Made by a program: the position numbers and the translations under genes
Assembly (NCBI GenBank): GCA_951406725.2
Contig: OX597838.1
Location: forward strand, 8,060,001-8,124,000
DNA from: Octopus vulgaris
Lineage: Eukaryota
Reading direction: 5' to 3'
Length of the DNA stretch: 64,000 bases
Notes under the pieces: generated by a model
What the model was told of the DNA's origin: nothing
The model's input: the letters and a program-made list of their open reading frames with translations, nothing else
The model's database searches: none
In this document: one piece after another, positions 13,358 through 26,469 of the stretch
Layout of the letters: each line of letters opens with the position of its first letter
Numbering within the stretch: position 1 is the stretch's first letter

Positions 13358-14194
13358 CACACACGCACACAAACATATATGTGTGTGTATGTATACACAT
13401 ACATATGTCACCATGTAAATCGCTATAATTGTATATTATGGTAGCATTTGAACTCTTCAGTTTGTCATCTGATGTTCGTTGAACATGAATACTTTATATT
13501 TCCCTCATTTATGTTTCCTTAACTCATTTCCAATGCAAATATGACTCCGAGTAACAATGAGTAATCCTTTACGGTCTCTTTTTTTTTCTATAGTGTTACA
13601 ACTGGTAGCGAATTTCAAGGTACTCGCGAGCTTGAATTTCGATGTACACGGATAAAACTCGATAGCGTCAAATGGTGTGAATTTGGGAGTTAATTTTATT
13701 ATTAATATCCTTAAACCAACTAATGTCTTTAATCCATTACTGGCGGTTAGTTTCTTAATGGTGATATAACATTGCTTAAAACTCACTTGTTAATTAATCT
13801 AATTTCGGGATTAATTCATCTACGTTTGGCCTTATAATTAACGTTCTCAATATGGTCTTTAAGTGTAACGTACGGCTCGCGTTTAACAAAATCTGCAGAC
13901 CTGATATTTCTTTTAGTTCGAGCGCTGTATTATCCTTTCCCCGTTTTTTTAAAGTATTGTAACAGTGTGATAAAACGCATACAGAGATTGGTGTGGTGTT
14001 TTATTTCGTAGTCGTTAATGGATGCTATTAGTTAGCTTCGAAGAATATTAGTGTAATTACATTTTTATAAACTCTTTTGCTTCTCATCATTAAGAGGTCG
14101 ATAAATGAAGTACCTCTCGTTTAACAGGGTTGGTTATTCTCATTTTCTCACTCTTTTCATTCTGTTCGTCTACCTGACTATCTCTCTTTGTGGA

Positions 14195-14560
14195 AGTGGT
14201 GGTGGTGGGGGAGGAGGAGATTTGATGGAGGTGGTAGTGGTGGTGTTGGTTTGGTGATAGTGGTGGTGCTGGTGGTGGTGGTGGTTTGGTGATGGTGATG
14301 GTGGTGGTGGTTTGGTGATGGTGGTGGTGGTGGTGGTTTGGTGATGGTGGTGGTGGTGGTGGTGGCGATTTGGGGGGGATGGTGGTGGTGGTGGTGGTGG
14401 TGGTGGTGGTGGTTTGGTGGTGGTGCTGGTGATGGTGATGGTGCTGGTGGTGCTGGTGGTGCTGGTGGTGGTTTGGTGATGGTGGTGGTGGTGGTGATTT
14501 GGTGGTGGTGGTGGTGGTTTGGTGGTGGTGGTGGTGGTGGTGGTTTGGTGGTGGTGGGTA
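14195..14560. repeat. (GGT)n-based low-complexity repeat with recurrent GGTTTGGTGAT
   Basis: Direct inspection. Confidence 0.9.
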
Positions 14561-14889
14561 GCACCAGGTCATTCCCGATACGACCGCATGCTACACTATT
14601 TCAATGATGATAATCTTTTAATTCTTTAATTCCTCGTGCCCCAGCATTGCCGCAGCCTCAGGGTTGAAACATAAAAAAGAATGTGTTCCAACCAAAAGGA
14701 TGTGGCCATGCTGGGAGCAATATTTTCTTCTGAAACGGTGTAACCCAGAACAATATCTTCTGAGACAAACTCTTCTCAGACGACAGGACGGGATTTCAAT
14801 GGAATCTCCTTGCTATTTCTAGCAAATCGAGTGACCACGTAGAGATTTCTTGGTTTTGCTTTGGTTTGAATAAGTATTATGCATTCTTT

Positions 14890-15785
14890 GTTTTTTTTAT
14901 CTTTTATTTTTCACCCGCAGCAGGAATTAGACGGCGGCCATGTTGGAGCATCGCATTGCAGAATTTATATTCGAAGGAATCGACGCCAGCGCTTACGTTT
15001 TTCTTCTAGTCCTGGTACTTATACTGCCGGCTTCTTTTGCTGGGCCGATACGTTACGGTAACGTAAACACACTAACACCGGATGTAAAGCGGTGGTGCGG
15101 ACAAATACAAAGATATGCACACCCACACCCACACACAGACACACTCACCCCCCCTCCACACACACAGACAAACTCACTCCCCCTCCACACACACATATAT
15201 ATATATAAACGACGGGCTTCTTTCAGTTTCCTTCTACTACATCCACTCACAAGGCGGTGTAGGTCTGAGACTTTAAGACAAGACTCTTGCCCAAGATACC
15301 TATTTCTTTATTACCCACAAGGGGCTAAACACAGAGGGGACAAACAAGGACAGACATAGGTATTAAGTCGATTACATCGACCCCAGTGCGTAACTGGTAC
15401 TTAATTTATCAACCCCGAAAGGATGAAAGGCAAAGTCGACCTCGGCGGAATTTGAACTCACAACGTAACGCAGACGAAATACCTATTTCTTTATTACCCA
15501 CAAGGGGCTAAACATAGAGGGGACAAACAAGGACAGACATAGGTATTAAGTCGATTACATCGACCCCAGTGCGTAACTGGTACTTAATTTATCGACCCCG
15601 AAAGGATGAAAGGCAAAGTCGACCTCGGCGGAACTTGAACTCAGAACGTTGCGACAGACGAAATACCGCTAAGCATTTCGCATGGTGCGCTAACGTTTCT
15701 GCCAGCTCGCTGCCACGCAGCGGGACTGAACCCGAAATCATGTGGCTGTGAAGCGAACTTCTGACCACACAGCTGCGCATGCGCC
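14890..15785 (-). mobile_element. Old family A SINE interrupted by family D SINE sequence
   Basis: A sequence runs to ..CTTGCCCAAGATACC (15300) and resumes at TGCCACGCAGCGGGACTGAACCCG (15711). Confidence 0.8.
15301..15712 (-). mobile_element. Family D SINE with tandemly duplicated 183-bp 3' part
   Basis: 15301-15483 and 15484-15667 are near identical; only the second continues into the head (GCTAACGTTTCTGCCAGCTCGC). Confidence 0.88.
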
Positions 15786-16427
15786 ACGTATCATTTCTGT
15801 CGTTATTCAGCCAACATTATTGTTTGTGTTGTTTTTGCCACTGTGCCGTTGTTGTTGTTTTTGCTGTTCTTGCTTTTGTCATTATTGTTTTTTTTATTAA
15901 ATTTTTGCTAATATTAATTGCATCTCTAATTGTCACTTCCGCTGTTGTTGTTGTTGTTGCTGTTTAATCTTGTTGTTAATTATTTTCCCTTCCTAATGTT
16001 TGTGTTGTTGTGATTTGTATTAATTGCTTCTGTAATTTTTGTTAATGACCTTAATGTCATTGTGTGACGTCGCCGTCGTCGTCGTCGGTGTCCACCACCA
16101 TGTTATAGTTGTTGGTAGTTTTATTTATTTATTTTTATTTTTATTTATTATTTATTTTTTTGTTTGCATCTGGAGTAGTTGTTTTTTGTTGTTTACAGTT
16201 AATATTCCGTTTCGAAACCGTGAAGGCAATTACCACAGGAAATACTTTACGAGGTGTTCTTCAGCAACACGAAAACTACACCATTGGTGTTAGTTTTAAG
16301 TTTGACATTTTTCACACGGATGTTGTTGTTGCCGTCGTCGTCAGCGTCGCCTTTATCGTCATCATGGCCATCAAGAGCTGCAGCTACAATAACATGAACA
16401 CCATATGCATCATCACCATGATTATTA

Positions 16428-16487
<60 letters not shown>

Positions 16488-16573
16488 CATTATTACTCTA
16501 TATTATTATTTTAATTTTTATTATTATTATTATTTTTATTATCCTTATTATTATCATTATTATTATTACTCTA

Positions 16574-16605
<32 letters not shown>

Positions 16606-16696
16606 CCATCATCATCATTATCCTCATCATCATTATCATCATCATTATCATCATCATCATTATCATTATATTATTATTATTATTATTATCATCATC

Positions 16697-17545
16697 TTTC
16701 AATTATGTTTCCACTTCTTGCCGAGTGTCTTCCTGACACCTAGGGTAGAGAAACTCACCGTACACTTTGGTAGGCCATTAAAATAAACACACCAGATTGT
16801 TCATTTACAAAGTAATGTGATAGAGGAAAAGCGTATGAGAAACAGACAATAAAAATAAGTAAACAAAGAAAATGGAGAAGAAAACAAAAAGAAATAAAAT
16901 TCACAGTGACAATGCTCTTCTCGTTACGTGTGACGTAGTAGTTAAGACAATCTTTTGCACTTCCTGCATGGATGGTAAGCCAGGGATCATTCTTAAATAA
17001 TTTTCAGTTCCTTTTTTGGTCATTCCAAATGCTCCTACAATCACTGATATTTAACCGTCTTGAGATGCCACGTCGTTTCGATTTCGATTAGTAAATCTTT
17101 ATATTTTCTGAACTTAATCAAATTCTTTTGCCAAGATTTTATGGTCACAGGGTAAGCTCATGTCAATCAATAAACATACTTTATTGTTAAGGTCTTTCGC
17201 AACAAAATCTGTTTTATTAGCTTTGATGGTCTGGTCTGGTCTGTACGTACTAGAAAGTCCCAAATAATTGTTACATTTTCTTCCTCAGTTGTAGCCTCAG
17301 GGTGGTGCTTTTACCATTTGTCAGCAGTGTTTATTACATAATGCCGACACATTATCCAGTGTAGATATTGGCCAACTCTGTCATGTCTTCATTGATACTC
17401 TACAGGTGCTAAAACCTTGCACCCAGAGATTGGATGCTCCACTGATTCAATCCCATCGTCGCAGTATCGACACTTTGAGTCTACACTATTTTTCATCATG
17501 TTGGCTTAATAGTTCCCATTCAATAAGCTCTGATCTGGAGTAACT
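16697..17545 (-). mobile_element. R4/Dong-clade LINE, 5'-truncated (zinc knuckle, restriction-like endonuclease, 3' UTR)
   Basis: Minus strand DQSL..KCRYCDDGIESVEHPISGCKVLAPVEYQ*RHDRVGQYLHW..IIWDF..CLLIDMSLPCD..KYKDLLIEI..VIVGAFG..EVQKIVL..RRALSL*; TTA/TCA triplet runs on both flanks. Confidence 0.88.
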
Positions 17546-17579
17546 TATTATCATCATCATCATCGTTATCAACATTACC

Positions 17580-17637
<58 letters not shown>

Positions 17638-17639
<2 letters not shown>

Positions 17640-17935
17640 GAGTGAGAGAGCAGTGCATGCCATCAAAGTGATGGGGTACAAATATACGAAGCTCAGTATA
17701 GCCACCATAACTACCCATCTGATAAGGGTACACCAGGCACATGCATCACAACCATATGTGCGCGACATATTGATCTCATATCAAGATAACCAGCGCATGA
17801 CCTTGCAAGTGGGGCCCAGTTAGAATTTTCTTTAGGTTGAGTAGCCCATCCCGCTCAAAAGGTCCCTGAATAAGGAATGTTGAACGAAACACCTATGTTT
17901 CCAGAGGTGAATTATCCACACCCCCAAGAATTCCG
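17638..17935 (-). mobile_element. Interspersed repeat family E (retroposon 3' end abutting (TAA)n)
   Basis: Near-identical to 18364-18605; both start right after (TTA)n. Strand inferred from the triplet tail. Confidence 0.75.
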
Positions 17936-17939
17936 GGTA

Positions 17940-18335
17940 AGGTGTTTATCGTCAATCCATCCGCCTTCATGTTCTGAGATCAAATTGCGCCGAGGTCGAT
18001 TTTACCTTTCTTCCTTTCGGGGTCGATCAATTAAGTACCAACGAAACACGGGGCATGATGTAAGTGACTAGTCCCCTCGCCACAAATTTCATGCCTTGTT
18101 CCTCTAGTAGAAAGGTTTGTTACTATTTTTGTTATTGATATTTTTAGTTTTGACAAGCTGGCAAAACCATTGGCACTCCGGGCAATATGCTTTGCGGCAA
18201 TCCTGTTCTGAGATCGAATTTCACCGAGGTCGACTTTGCCTTTCATCCTTTTGGGGTCGATAAATAAAGTACCAGTTGAACACTGGGGCCAATGTAATTG
18301 ACTTACTACTCATCCAAAATTACTGACCTTGTGCT
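17940..18335 (+). mobile_element. Two decayed family D SINE copies
   Basis: CCGAGGTCGA(T/C)TTT(A/G)CCTTTC..CCTTT.GGGGTCGAT at ~17990 and ~18224. Confidence 0.75.
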
Positions 18336-18363
18336 ATTACTATTATTATCATTATTATTATTA

Positions 18364-18605
18364 TTGAGTGAGAGAGCAGTTCATGCCATCAAAATGACAC
18401 TGGGGTAAAATATACGAAGCCCAATATACCCATCATGACTACCCGTCTGATAAGGGTACACCAGACACATGCATCACAACCATATGTGCGCGATATGGTG
18501 ATCTCATATCAAGATAAACAGCACATGACCTTGCAGGTGGGGCCCAGTTAGAAATTTCTTCAGGTTGAGTAGCCCATCCCGCTCAAAAGGTCCCTAAATA
18601 AGGGT
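18364..18605 (-). mobile_element. Interspersed repeat family E, second copy
   Basis: TTGAGTGAGAGAGCAGT..GCTCAAAAGGTCCCT; (TTA)n on both sides. Confidence 0.75.
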
Positions 18606-18631
18606 TTATTATTGTTATTAATATTATTATA

Positions 18632-18692
<61 letters not shown>

Positions 18693-18730
18693 TAATGTCT
18701 TTTCTCTTATATCATTTTATGCCTTCTTTT

Positions 18731-18781
<51 letters not shown>

Positions 18782-20094
18782 GTGTCATCACCATCATCAT
18801 CAACAACATCATCGTCTTCATCATAATCATCATCGCCATTATCATTATTAACAGCATCAACAGTAACATCATCGCTAATGATGTATTTATTATCATGACC
18901 GACATCATTATAACATAATTCTTCCTTTTGCTTCTACAAACGCCACCACTGCCACCACCAACACCATCCCCACTACTAACTTTACCTTCAGCACCTCAAT
19001 TACGCCTCTACCGCCAGCACCACCACCACCACCACTACAATATTAAAACAACAATAGAAACAAAGACTAACCCCACCCCCGCCAAATAAATCCCCACTAC
19101 CTCTATTATTACTTGTTATGCCCTCGCTCTCTAAAATTATTGTTGACCTCCTCTACTCTTAAAAACACATTCTACACACACACACACTCATTCACCATAA
19201 AAATTCATTCACTCACAAACACACACACGTACACGAAGTCTCTCAAACAACCACACACACATACATATATTCACACACACACAGACACACATACATATAT
19301 TCACATACACACATACACACACACACAGAAATTAACAAACGACCATATAAACAACAGAATATGGAAAGCAAAAAAGCTAAAAATGTAAACAAGAAGTCAA
19401 ATATACAAACACGTAGAGTCAAGCACATAAAACGCACACAGAAACACAGACACACACAAAGACACACACACACACACACATATGCACACACGTACATACA
19501 CACATACAGAATGTGAGGACTGACGACTTTAAAATGATTCACAATTTAAACTTTTTTTTTTTCGTCTTTGTTTTTTTTTGGTTCGGTTTTTCCTCCCTTA
19601 AATTCAAGAACAAATACAAAAGACAAAGAAAAAACCAACAGTGTCGTCAACATAATCATGATCACCATCATCAGCAGCCTCACCATTCTCATGATCAATA
19701 TTATTAAGAATATAATTAAAAAACAAGATGAAAAATAAACAGGAATAATTTTGAAAAAAAAAAAAAAAAAACAATGCCAAAATTGAAAATAAAATAATAA
19801 AAAAAATAGTTATTGCAACTTCTAGAAACTACGTTTTATTCTTATCTTGTTTTCTTTCTTTTTCTCACCCTTAAACCATGTGTGTATGTGTGCTTGTGTA
19901 TGTGTGTGTGTGTATTTATATATATATGTATGTATATATGGATGAATGGATGGATGTATATGTTTTTTTTAAATTTTGGTTTATAAATTTCATTTGTTTT
20001 TCAATTTCGGTTTTAAAGCACTTCCCCTCCCATTAAATTATAACGACAGCGACAGCAACAAGAAGACGAATAATTATAGTAGTAATAAAGGGAA

Positions 20095-20190
20095 TGATAA
20101 CAACAACAACAACAACAACAACAACAATATCCACAACAATAGTAACGACATGAAGAAGCCGCCGACGACGACGACGACATCGATGATGAC

Positions 20191-20222
<32 letters not shown>

Positions 20223-20256
20223 CGATGATGATGATGATGATGATGATGATGACAAC

Positions 20257-20331
<75 letters not shown>

Positions 20332-20678
20332 GGTGATGGTGATGATGATGATGGTGATGGTGATGATGATGATGATGGTGGTGATGGTGATGATGATGAT
20401 GGTGATGATGGTGATGATGATGATGATGGTGATGGTGATGGTGATGATGATGATGATGACTATGATGATGATGATGATGGTGGTGATGGTGATGATGATG
20501 ATGATGGTGATGATGGTGATGATGATGATGATGATGGTGATGATGGTGATGATGATGATGATGGTGATGATGGTGATGGTGATGATGACGGTGATGATGA
20601 CGATGACGATATTAATAATAACATCAGCAACGATTATTATATGAATAATGACAACACAACAACAACAACAGCAGCAGC

Positions 20679-20725
<47 letters not shown>

Positions 20726-20750
20726 CAACAACAATAATAATAATAATAAT
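20095..20750. repeat. (GAT/GGT)n microsatellite with (AAC)n/(AAT)n flanks
   Basis: Direct inspection; explains the poly-Met ORF. Confidence 0.95.
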
Positions 20751-21585
20751 GAAAAATTAAATAAATTAATATCTTTTTAAGAGACAATTAAGACCATTAG
20801 ATTTTCATTAGAGGACTATTGGAGGTCTTTTTTTCTTTTTTCTTTTTTTTTTTCTTTTAGTGTTTTGTTCTTTTTTAATTCATTCGTTGGCTTCTCTCTG
20901 TTTCGCCATGTTTTTTTGGTCTCGACAACTTTCACATCCGGGTCGTCCAGAAAGCGATATCAACCTTTCACTTAAAAAAAACACAGAGACACGAGAGATC
21001 ACTCACTGACTATGCACTCATCCGTTTTAGGTTCGATATTTTAATTGGGAGTTCGAAGGTAAAATACGTAAGATATCGTTTCTTTTGTTTCTCGCGTCAT
21101 TGTCGTTTGTCTATCTCGAGATCGATCATAACCGATCAGGTTTGATCAAAGACTTCTTAGACAACCCATAACAATATCATCCTTCATAGAAGACGGTAAG
21201 GTGTGATTTATAAGAGACTTGGCTGTTAACTCTACAAGTTCGAATCATGATCGATCAGACCGATGGGTAAAATGATTGGCAGCGTGACCACCCCGACATT
21301 TTAGAGTTGTCTAAATCTGTAATGTCTCTGACTTTGCTCCCTTTTTTTATACCAGTGTCATTGAAGGCGATTGTGGCTGCTCTTTCTAGCAGAAGCTCTA
21401 GCTTTGAAATGGTTGCTATTTGGTGCAAGTACGACTGTATTGTTTAGAAGTTAATACCTTAGCATTGCGACAGTGTCATTTCGGGTTCAGTTCTACCGCA
21501 CGGCATTTTGGGTGTTACACATTACAGTTCCAGGCTACCCAATGCCTTGAAAGTAAATTTGATATCCCGGAAAATATGTGAAATC

Positions 21586-22202
<617 letters not shown>

Positions 22203-23034
22203 CGCGCGGGCGTAAAGCTTTATGTTTTTTGGCCTCCACTGCTTAACAACTGATATTGGTCAAGTTGTGCGGCTAAAATCTCTAAGTCGGAGTTCAATGA
22301 TGGTTGTTTTCCAGTGGCTGTTGAAACTCATTTACAACCAAGTGGACTGGAGCAATCGCCCGGCTCGGGAACTGAATCCGCAACGTACCGCCCGATCCGG
22401 GAATCGAAACCACAATTTGACGATCGAGAGTACAACACTATAATCGCAAGGCAAGCACGCCTTCGGGCGTTGTTGAGGTGGGGGAGTCACTCGTTTCCTC
22501 ATTCGATGAAGAGAGATTTTATCAGCAAGAACGGTTGTTAGTCGCAATGTTAACGGTTAGAATAGATCAGAAAAGTGCACCCTGGGAAAAATGTCAAGGA
22601 AGTTGTTATCATATACGTCCAGAGATCAAATCTGCCAGGCGTTATCTTTCATCATTCAGAGTTGATAAAATAAGGGACCGCTTATGCACTGGAAAAGTTG
22701 ATGTTAGTCGCCTGCTCTGTCTTTGCAAGACTCAGTGTATTTCGATAATTCGAACGCATTTTGCGACCCTGGGAACCCATGGTATCGGGTTCCCGTCCGG
22801 TGAAGAAGCGTCTCTTAGGAATATAACTGGAAATCACAATTATAAGCAACATATTTAATTGAAACCAATCAACAGTTTACAGAGACGTGAGGTGAGGAGT
22901 CAATCAGTAAGATTCCCAGAATCTTCTGGGAATCTTAAAAGTCATTCTGGAGAAATATGTCGACTGGGAAGAGGCAGCCGAGCCAAAATTCAGTGTGAAT
23001 AGAAGAAATTCGAGACAATTATTGCTCTTGCGGA

Positions 23035-23228
23035 GATGTACTTGCATAGCAAGTGATTTGATCTGAGATCGCGTGCTGAAACGAAAACAATTGCAGTGTG
23101 GAAGGTGTTTGTAAGCCATTTAAGAAACACACAAAAGCCGTTCGATTCACTTCAACATTTAAGTTTAATTTGTCAAAATATTTTCGTCGCTTTAAGACCG
23201 CGACTTGTTCACTGACAAAAATCCGTGA
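23035..23228 (-). mobile_element. Possible Penelope-like terminus with hammerhead topology but non-canonical core
   Basis: Minus strand tttgtca-GTGAACAA-gtcgc-ggtcttaaa-gcgac-GAAAATATTT-tgacaaa. Confidence 0.4.
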
Positions 23229-23833
23229 TTGCTCTGCATTTCACCAAAATCCATAAACAGTGATATCCTTAAAACTATTATCTAAACCTTCAAGACAGGA
23301 AAGCATAAGGAAGAGCCATAATTTTCGGCTACAGGTCCATAAAACTGATGCTATGCGGTTGGTATTTTATTGACTTTACCAACAAGATCTCAGTTGATAC
23401 GAAACTGTTTGGTGCAGGTAGAAATGAAACTGATAACTTTGTGTAACTCCCCTCACACAAAGAAAAAAATCTACTGGTCAATAAGAATTGAACATATAAA
23501 ATCTGCACGGCGTGTCTAAAACTATTTCTTTGAGATCTCTGTTATCACTGTGTAGCAAGCAACTTGGAAGAAAAATGGTTTGAGGTTGTAACGACCGGAT
23601 TTCTGTTCGACAGAACTATGATGTCTGAGGAACAAAGGAATGGAAAAACCATTGGTTTCAGCTGGGCTGAGTTCCAAAAAAGGAAAAAGAGTATTTGATT
23701 CTGTCCATCGATCTTAGAAGCTCTTCAATTCGCACAAACCTTGATCAGGGCCTTCAGCAATCTGCTTTCAAAATGAGTCACCATTTCCGTACATAAATAT
23801 CGAAAGTAATTCTATTGCCACTGAAAGTATACA

Positions 23834-23915
23834 CCAGTCGTCCCCACACTCAGGGTCACAGACCAGTACGAGAGCCGTGGATCATTTGGTATCGGGTTAC
23901 ACAAAAAGAATAAAT
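23834..23915 (+). mobile_element. Possible hAT/Charlie-type transposon terminus
   Basis: CAGTCGTCCCCACACTCAGGGTCACAGACCAGTAC..CCGTGG..TGGTATCGGG resembles Charlie-type ends as I recall them; no partner end found. Confidence 0.3.
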
Positions 23916-23989
23916 TTTAAAATTTTATTTCCATTTTATCGGCCATGGCAGTGTCCAAATTGTTTTTGCAAGGATGTATCTGTGTATTA

Positions 23990-24406
23990 TACTCTTTTAC
24001 TCTTTACTATTTTACTTCTTTCAGTCATTTGACTGCGGCCATGCTGGAGCACCGCCTTTTTTAATCGAGCAACTCGACCCCGGAACTTATTCTTTTCTAA
24101 GCCCAGTACTTATTCTATCGGTCTCTTTTGCCGAACCGCTAGGTAACGGGGACATAAACACACCAGCATCGGTTGTCAAGCAATGCTAGGGGAACAAACG
24201 CAGACACACAAATACACACACGCATATATATATACATATATACGACGGGCTTCTTTCAGTTTCCGTCTACCAAATCCACTCACAAGGCTTTGGTCGGCCC
24301 GAGGCTATACTAGAAGACCCTTGCCCAAGGTGCCACGCAGTGGGACTGAACCCGGAACCATGTGGCTGGTAAACAAGCTACTTACCACACAGCCACTCCT
24401 GCGCCT
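23990..24406 (-). mobile_element. tRNA-derived SINE, family A, full length
   Basis: Colinear with 9044-9475, few differences. Confidence 0.93.
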
Positions 24407-24732
24407 TTATAGATGTAATAATTAAATTATATGAAGCACTTTATTATGCTTTGTTACGCACGATATCTCCCGGACTGTGGAATAACTGTCTTCCATGAAA
24501 CCAGTCTATGGCGTAAGAAGTTTAAGATCCACCGGTATGCCGTATCGTAGAGGAATATTTCAAACAGGCATTCACTCAACGATGGTGTTTACACATTCAG
24601 CCAAGTATTTATCATATACTTTTCTTTTTTACCTTTATATTTTGGAAACTTGAAGGGGAGGTAACTGGCTCACTGAAGGTTCGAAACACCAACTCAACAT
24701 GTAGCTTCTTTGTAGACACCTTAAATGTATAA

Positions 24733-25117
24733 GGAGGGGCAATGGCCCAGTGGTTAGGGCAGCGGACTCGCGGTCGTAGGATCGCGGTTTCGATTCCCAG
24801 ACCGGGTGTTGTGAGGTGTTTATTGAGCGAAAACACCTAAAGCTCCACGAGGCTCCGGCAGGGCATGGTGCTGATCCCTGCTGTACTCTTTCACCACAAC
24901 TTTCTCTCACTCTTACTTCCTGTTTCTGTTGTACCTGTATTTCAAAGGGCCGGCCTTGTCACTCTCTGTGTCACGCTGAATATCCCCTAGAACTACGTAA
25001 AGGGTACACGTGTCTGTGGAGTGCTCAGCCACTTACACGTTAATTTCACGAGCAGGCTGTTCCGTTGATTCGGATCAACCGGAACCCTCGTCGTCGTAAC
25101 CGACGGAGTGCTTCCAC
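24733..25117 (+). mobile_element. tRNA-derived SINE, family B, full length with TSD
   Basis: A box TGGCCCAGTGG, B box GTTTCGATTCC; 10-bp direct repeat AAATGTATAA at 24723-24732 and 25118-25127. Confidence 0.93.
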
Positions 25118-25722
25118 AAATGTATAAACTGTGAGTGGTATGAAGAAGGGTTTTGATCTGGTCCTGGTTCAGGTTATGAGACGCGCTATAGATATCTCTA
25201 CCTGATGGTAGAACGAGAAGAAACTATAAACCATTCCAGCAACATCTCAGTGAATGGCAGAACCCGGATAAAATAAAATAAGATCCTTAGCATATAATCA
25301 ATGATTGTCACACAATTTGCTTTTTTCAATATCAATAAAGTCCCAATTGAGTACTTGGGGGGTCGAGGTAATTGACTTACCTTCTCCTACGAAATTGCTG
25401 GCCTTGTGCCAAAATTTGAAGGTCACTCTCAGTAATGATACCAATATCTAAGTCATTCGATTGAACCATATGAATTTCAGGTCATTAGTTTCAAGCCATA
25501 GACCAACGGTAGATAGAAACGCGAACTAGTCGCGCAACAAGTTAAGATAATGTGAAAGTTTCCGTTTTTGCGTTTGTCTCGTAAGATTTTTCATGAGGAA
25601 ACAGATTTTCTTGTATTTTGGGAGGGTCATTAGGCCAGTAATAAACACACGCACTGTTTCTCTTTCACTTCTTTGATTATTGATGGAAACAATGGAAACG
25701 AATTTAATCAATTTATGCCCAC

Positions 25723-25854
25723 GGACATATGGCGTTGTGGTTAAGAGTGCAGGCTACTAACCCCAAGATCAGAGTTCGATTCTAGGCAGTGACTTGAATA
25801 ATAATAATAATAATGATAATGATAATAACAACAACAACAAGAGCAACAACAATA

Positions 25855-25922
<68 letters not shown>

Positions 25923-26090
25923 CATCGAAAAATACCTTAGGAATGAGAACCCATGTTCGAAATTTCCCCAAGACACCTGGTGAAGGCTGGAGGGGATATC
26001 AGCGGAGACGTTTTGTTAACAACAAACAAGAAGAGGACAAATATCTGACAAATATAAGTAATGTAAATAATGTACATAATTCCTTATCTG
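25723..26090 (+). mobile_element. SINE-like family F: tRNA head + (AAT)n + tail with hammerhead-like motif
   Basis: A box TGGCGTTGTGG (25730), B box GTTCGATTC (25774), (AAT)n 25797-25922; tail matches 55541-55660 in reverse. Confidence 0.8.
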
Positions 26091-26469
26091 ATATTTCTGC
26101 ATCAACAGGAACATTATTCGCATCTACGTAAAGTGAAAAGAAGAATGATTAATAAAGATTCCAGCATGTTTTACATCTCACCTCATAATTTTGTTATAAC
26201 ATTTACTGGTTTCCAAGTATCAAAGTACATCCAGGAATAAGGAATTCATGGGGCACATCATCTCAGTTAACATCATAAAGGCCGGGGAAAGGAGTTTGCC
26301 AGAAAGTATCCTCGATCTAACAACCAGAAAGTTGAAACCGATTTTTTTTTTTTGCATTTTGGGAGGGTCATTATGCCAATAATAAACACGCGCACTGTTT
26401 CTCTTTCATTTCTTTGATTATTAATATTATTATTTGATGAAGATTCTGATCTTATTTTGCTGCGTATGA

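Noticed and set aside
14090-14572. Extensin-like Pro/His/Thr ORFs
   Set aside because: (GGT)n low complexity open in several frames; no splice or domain support.
19976-20644. Met-rich 222-aa ORF suggestive of reflectin
   Set aside because: Pure (GAT/GGT)n; lacks Tyr/Arg/Trp and the reflectin repeat motif.
24733-24810. tRNA gene calls at SINE heads
   Set aside because: A/B boxes are present but there is no closed acceptor stem or T-run terminator; each continues into a SINE body.
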